DNA of 64,000 nucleotides from Vicugna vicugna (taxonomy: Eukaryota), in the NCBI GenBank assembly GCA_013265495.1, contig MU059256.1, positions 5,684,473 through 5,748,472 on the forward strand, written 5' to 3'. The notes below the pieces were generated by a model. It was not told the DNA's origin. It did not search any database and saw only the letters and a list, made by a program, of their open reading frames with translations. Of this stretch, positions 59,640 to 64,000 are shown in pieces. The position numbers were made by a program, and so were the translations under genes. Every line of letters begins with the position of its first letter. Position 1 is the stretch's first letter.

Positions 59640-61092
59640 ATCTTGCTGGCAGCTGCTTCTCTGTCTCTTGTTGGATTTCTTCCTCCTTTCATTTCCTAAC
59701 ATTCCTCAAGATTCAGTCTTTAACCCTCTTTCTCTCTCTACACTCTCATATGTGAACCAGTCACCCCCAAGTATCAGTCATCAACTTTGCAAACCACTCC
59801 TGTGATGATGGTGACATTCATAATAGTCATTTGGTAAGTACCATGTGCCAATTACTCTTAATGCTTTATAGTCACAGCCTTATTTATTCTTCACAGTCCT
59901 GTTAGGTCTATACTAGCATTTTCTCCTTTCACTAGCTGAAGAAACTGAGGCTCAGAAAGGTTAAGCGACTTCCCTAAGGTCACAAAGCTACCAAATGACA
60001 GACCCCACACTGCTGTCCACAGCTGACTTCCTGAGCCTGCTGGACATTTCCATATGAATCTCCTCTCTCTCACCACCTCAAGGTCAGTACATGTTCAACG
60101 AAATCATGGGCACCTCCCCTCCAGATTCCTACTTATGGCTCCTTCTTTCCAATCACTCTTGGTCCAAACTTCAGGGGCATTTCTGACTGCTCTTTGCTTT
60201 CCACTGTAACCCTAAGTTCACAATTATCATCCTAATCTAGGGCCTTTATCACTTCCAACCTGGAGCACTCCAAAGATTCATCCACCATTTCAAAAGATAA
60301 GTGATTTTTTAGGATCTGACACAGTGATGAACAAAGACCCAGTCCACGTCTCAGAGAGCTTCAGTCTAGCAAATCTCCTATTCGGTCTCCCTATCTACAG
60401 ACTTTTCTTTTTTTTTTGCCACACTCCACCCTGAGTCCTCATGCTCATTACCACCAGTTACCCTCTAAAAAACCATCAGTTACTGCCCTAATGCCTGCAG
60501 GCAAAAAGCCCAAACCCCTCCCTCCACTCCCATCTTGAAATGACAGTTCCCCTTCTCTTTGTATACCCTCATTCTCTCATCCTTCAAGACATGGCTCCAG
60601 TCTCACCTCCTCTTGTGGCCTTCCCCCAACCAAAAAAAATCTTCTTTTTCTACCCTACTTCACATTGTTACACTCACCACGCTCGTTTCTTAACTGCCTT
60701 TCATTCTCAATGAGATTGCAACTCATCTGCAACTGTGGTCAGCCTCTTTACTCTGCACACAGGAAGAACACCTACACTCTCAAATCCTCAAAAAAAAAAG
60801 CCAAGTCAACTTCTTTTCCCCTCATTCCCCCTCTGTCTAGTCACACTGGCCACACTCGTTTTTCTTGGTTTTTTTCTAACCTCAAGACCATTGCAGGTGC
60901 TATTCCCTATGTCTGCAGCACTCTCCTCCAGGCTCCTTCTCAACATTTTTATTTCTATGTATATTAAAATATTAGCTTCGTGAGGACAAGGCTCTCGCCC
61001 TGTCTCTCCACTGCCAGGCACGTGATAGTTGCTCAGTAACAATTTGCTTAAAAATGATTATTTAAAACTGAATGAATGAATGAATGAATGAG
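59640..61092 (+). mobile_element. Fragmented L2 in TIMM22 intron 1, interrupted by a MIR (-, about 59815-60030), ending in a (TGAA)n tail
   Basis: ggacatttcca..tg; tgccaggcac.tgatagttgctcagtaa...tgaatgaatgaatgaatgaatga; MIR core gaaactgaggctcagaaaggttaagcgactt. Confidence 0.8.
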
Positions 61093-61169
61093 GTCGAGCA
61101 TCTTATACCCCCAAGGCCCTGACCCAGGACCTATTCTCTGACCCGATTTCCAGAGACGAGAGACAATAT

Positions 61170-62050
61170 TGGGGTCTAGGGACGCGCTGCTCGAGTTCAC
61201 TGAACCAGGTGGAGACTGGTCAAGGTCAAGGTCCACGGGCTCCACGCCTCCCAGGTGCGCGGCCTTCTTGGACCCCGCTGCCTTCCAAGCTCTCAGCCTC
61301 TTAAATGCCCCCCACGTCGCCTCACCTCCCACACAGGCCAGCGCCGCCTTGAAGGCGCAGCTTTCCATCGCCTTCTCGATCATCTTCTGCTCGTCACTCT
61401 TGGCGGGACTCGGGATCCCGCCCAGGCTCCCAGGCTCCAGGACCCGGGGCTGACGCTTGTCACCCACCAGGTACTGCAGAAGAAGGCTGTACTGCAACGG
61501 GGCTTCGGCGGAAGCCGCCGCTTCAGGCGCGGAGCCCCCGGTACCGGGGGCCGTGGCCGCCATGACGGTAGGAGCCCCAGAAACCTGGCGTCCTTCTTCC
61601 CACGGCAGATTCCACAAGCTTCCCGTAGGGCCTTGCGCGCCCAGCCATCGTGCCGCAACGGCAGATTCGCCACACCGAGCGAGTCCGAGGAAGCCGCGGA
61701 AGCAAAGCCTGTTTGTGAGCACCCAGCGGAGGTGTTGTGTTCTCCCAAAACCTCCTGTGAATACTGAGTCAGGCCTGTGCAGCATTCCTAAAGGCACTGA
61801 CAAGATTCAGAGTCATCAGAAAGTGTCCTCATCTTCAGGGCTGAGCGCGGTGCCTACCGGGACTTGTAGTTCTAACACGTACACACCAGACATTTCCCAG
61901 GAAGCCTTGCCCGGGCGCTCGCGTCTCGGCCTCCTCTCGAGCTCTGGACAGGCGGGAGCGGGGTGAGGCTACAGCGCGCCGGGGTGCCAGCAGGGGGTGC
62001 GCGCGCCTCACCACTGGCCCTTCCAGCCTACTAATTCCTTGCGGATGTTG
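61170..62050. promoter_or_regulatory. TIMM22: TIMM22 CpG island promoter
   Basis: CpG-dense; contains a YY1-like ATGGCGGC at the start codon, a GCGCGC tract and a CTCF-like motif at 61987-62000. Confidence 0.85.
61326..61563 (-). CDS. TIMM22: TIMM22 exon 1: MAATAPGTGGSAPEAAASAEAPLQYSLLLQYLVGDKRQPRVLEPGSLGGIPSPAKSDEQKMIEKAMESCAFKAALACVG
   Basis: ATG at 61563, donor gtgagg; the four exons total 585 nt = 194 aa + stop (mitochondrial inner membrane translocase subunit Tim22). Confidence 0.97.
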
Positions 62051-62848
62051 TGAGTTGTCAGTGGGGGAAGGTGCTTTGTAAGTAAACATGAAAGCGTGGT
62101 ATAAATGGTGGGATAAATGTTTTATTCAATAATTAAACCTTTGAGGAGAGAGGGGGCCAGAAAAATGAGTGAACGAATAAGTGAAGCTAGCCTAGCACAC
62201 TTAAGAAAAATCCAGGATGGTGATGGGAAGTGGAGGTGGCTGTGGCGGGATGGAGAGCAAGGCTGCTACTCACTCCAGCCAGTTGTTAATGGAATTAGGG
62301 CTGTGGGACTAGCATAGCCACGAAAAGCCAAATTTGTATTATACTAAATTAATTGAAGTGTTTCCTGGCTGACAAACTCAGATCCTGAAAGTTAACTGAG
62401 AGAACACTGAATATGAACCCAGAAAAACTTTTGCTGTAGTTTTTATGGTACTAAAATAGATCTCCAACTGTTGTATCCATCCAGACTAGTAATGTATCTG
62501 GACTGATCAGACAGCAGAATAAGAGAGTCAGGCATCGAAGGCATTGCTCAGGCCTTGGTACCTCATTTGGACAAGAAGAGTTTGTAGGATTGAGAGCGGG
62601 AACGGATCTCAGAATGCTGAGGCCAACTTGGCTTTTAGGGGGAAACTTCCATCCCCCATCCCTCCCCAAAAGAAGAGACTTTGGCCCCACATGGGCTTTC
62701 TGAGGACTCAGGATGCAGCATCAGTGTGGGGGTTGGTAGAAATGCTCAGGGCTGTGAACTGGCAGCAAAAGGATGGAAGTTTCCAGCCCCAGCAGGAGGC
62801 TGCAGAAAGCAAAGAACAGCCTGAACCCATCAGGGAGCAGTTAGCAAA

Positions 62849-62871
62849 GAAAAAAAAAAAAAAAAAAAAAA
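62849..62871 (+). repeat. Poly(A) tract (about 22 nt)
   Basis: Direct observation; no SINE body recognisable upstream. Confidence 0.85.
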
Positions 62872-64000
62872 CATCAGGGTCCCCAAGGCTAGGGATGCAG
62901 ATCTGAGAGGCAGACTAGAGGGTTCATCTAAGGGAGTGTCACTTTTCTTGTACATCCACACAGGTGGACGCTGTTATGGGGCTACGGGTTGGGGTGGACC
63001 TAAATTAGAATTTATTTTCCTCCTCAAACCTGCCTGTCCTGAGTGAATGCTCCATCTGTGTCAGATTCCAGGCTTCCTGCATCCCCTACAGACTTTGTAA
63101 ATATTTTTCAAATCCATCCTTTCTTTTTAGACTCATTGCTCTACTCAGTTTGGTTTGGGCTCTACTCAGTTTTCTTCTAATAGGCTCATAATTGATCTGC
63201 ATGCCTCCTACCTTGCTCTTCTCCTGACCTTCAGCAGAATGATCACAAAGCTTGATCACACGCCCTGCTCAGAATTCTTTGTGCCACGGGAAAGTCCAAA
63301 CTCTGTGTGTTGCTTTTACAACTTGTGCCCAGGAAGACACACATGCTTCTGTCCAAGTTTAGTGCTTCCTCAAACATTCCCATTCCCAGTTGTCTGCTTT
63401 TGATAATCTCTTTTGGAGCTAGAAGTGATGGCTCTGAATCATTCTGAATAAAATGTGGCCATTGGTGTTGGAGAAGTGAGTTTGGACTTCTAGATTCCGT
63501 GTCATTTCTTTTATTTGTGCCTTGTCCTCAGTCAAGTGTAATTGTTAGAAGATTTTTTTTTATTATTTCTTAATTCTTTTTGCTTTTGACCTATGATAGC
63601 CATGGTGAGAACAGAGGTATCCTGTAGTGTTTCCAGTGACACATCCTTAAAACTCTAGACTGATGCTTGTGGGTGGTCTTAATGTTCTGGAATAGACTTC
63701 TCTCACAGCATAATTGTTTGGAAGTTTTATTTACTCACCCAGACCCAACAAGCCAGATTTCCAGATCTGCTCACTATCTCTTGGGCTGTTGCTTTGGCTT
63801 TGCTCATGAAAAGCTGTTGAGGATTTGGCACTCAGTCTGGCAGTCTGGTAGGTGTAAGGAACTACTTCAGACTTGGGTAAAGAATCACACACTCTGGCTA
63901 AATCTGCAAGAGGGTCACATTGATGACAAGTTGTGATCCTGAGATTAGCTCTGAAAAGTATTGGAGGCAAATAGAAATATGCATAATATTTTTCCAGTAC

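Noticed and set aside
61255-61966. 170-aa and 169-aa plus-strand ORFs
   Set aside because: Antisense shadows of TIMM22 exon 1 and its CpG island
1-64000. CRISPR arrays, rRNA/tRNA genes, prokaryotic or viral ORFs, intact ERV
   Set aside because: None seen; the window is spliced mammalian gene sequence with only degenerate ancient repeats

Overview
Eutherian mammalian genomic DNA, GC-rich, with no bacterial, phage or CRISPR content. The + strand carries the 3' part of ABR (Active BCR-Related; DH-PH-C2-RhoGAP). Fourteen coding exons (7, 8, 10-12, 14-20, 22, 23 in the 23-exon human numbering I recall) are readable with GT-AG sites and consistent phases. The three exons that are not readable (9, 13, 21) each fall in an interval that contains one of the three N-gaps. 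The 28-kb intron 16 holds a CpG-island alternative first exon (MTDVLPQPDC...) giving a 316-aa GAP-only isoform. It also holds weaker candidates: a second first exon with kappaB and TATA-like motifs, and a candidate intronic terminal exon that would give a GEF-only product. The complete 4-exon TIMM22 gene (194 aa) lies on the - strand, tail-to-tail with ABR, and their 3' ends may overlap. All repeats I can recognise are ancient (MIR, L2, L1M, MER5B, MER20, hAT-Charlie); I saw no lineage-specific SINE. Exon boundaries were counted by hand, repeat boundaries are approximate, and comparisons with human or mouse proteins come from memory, not from a database search.
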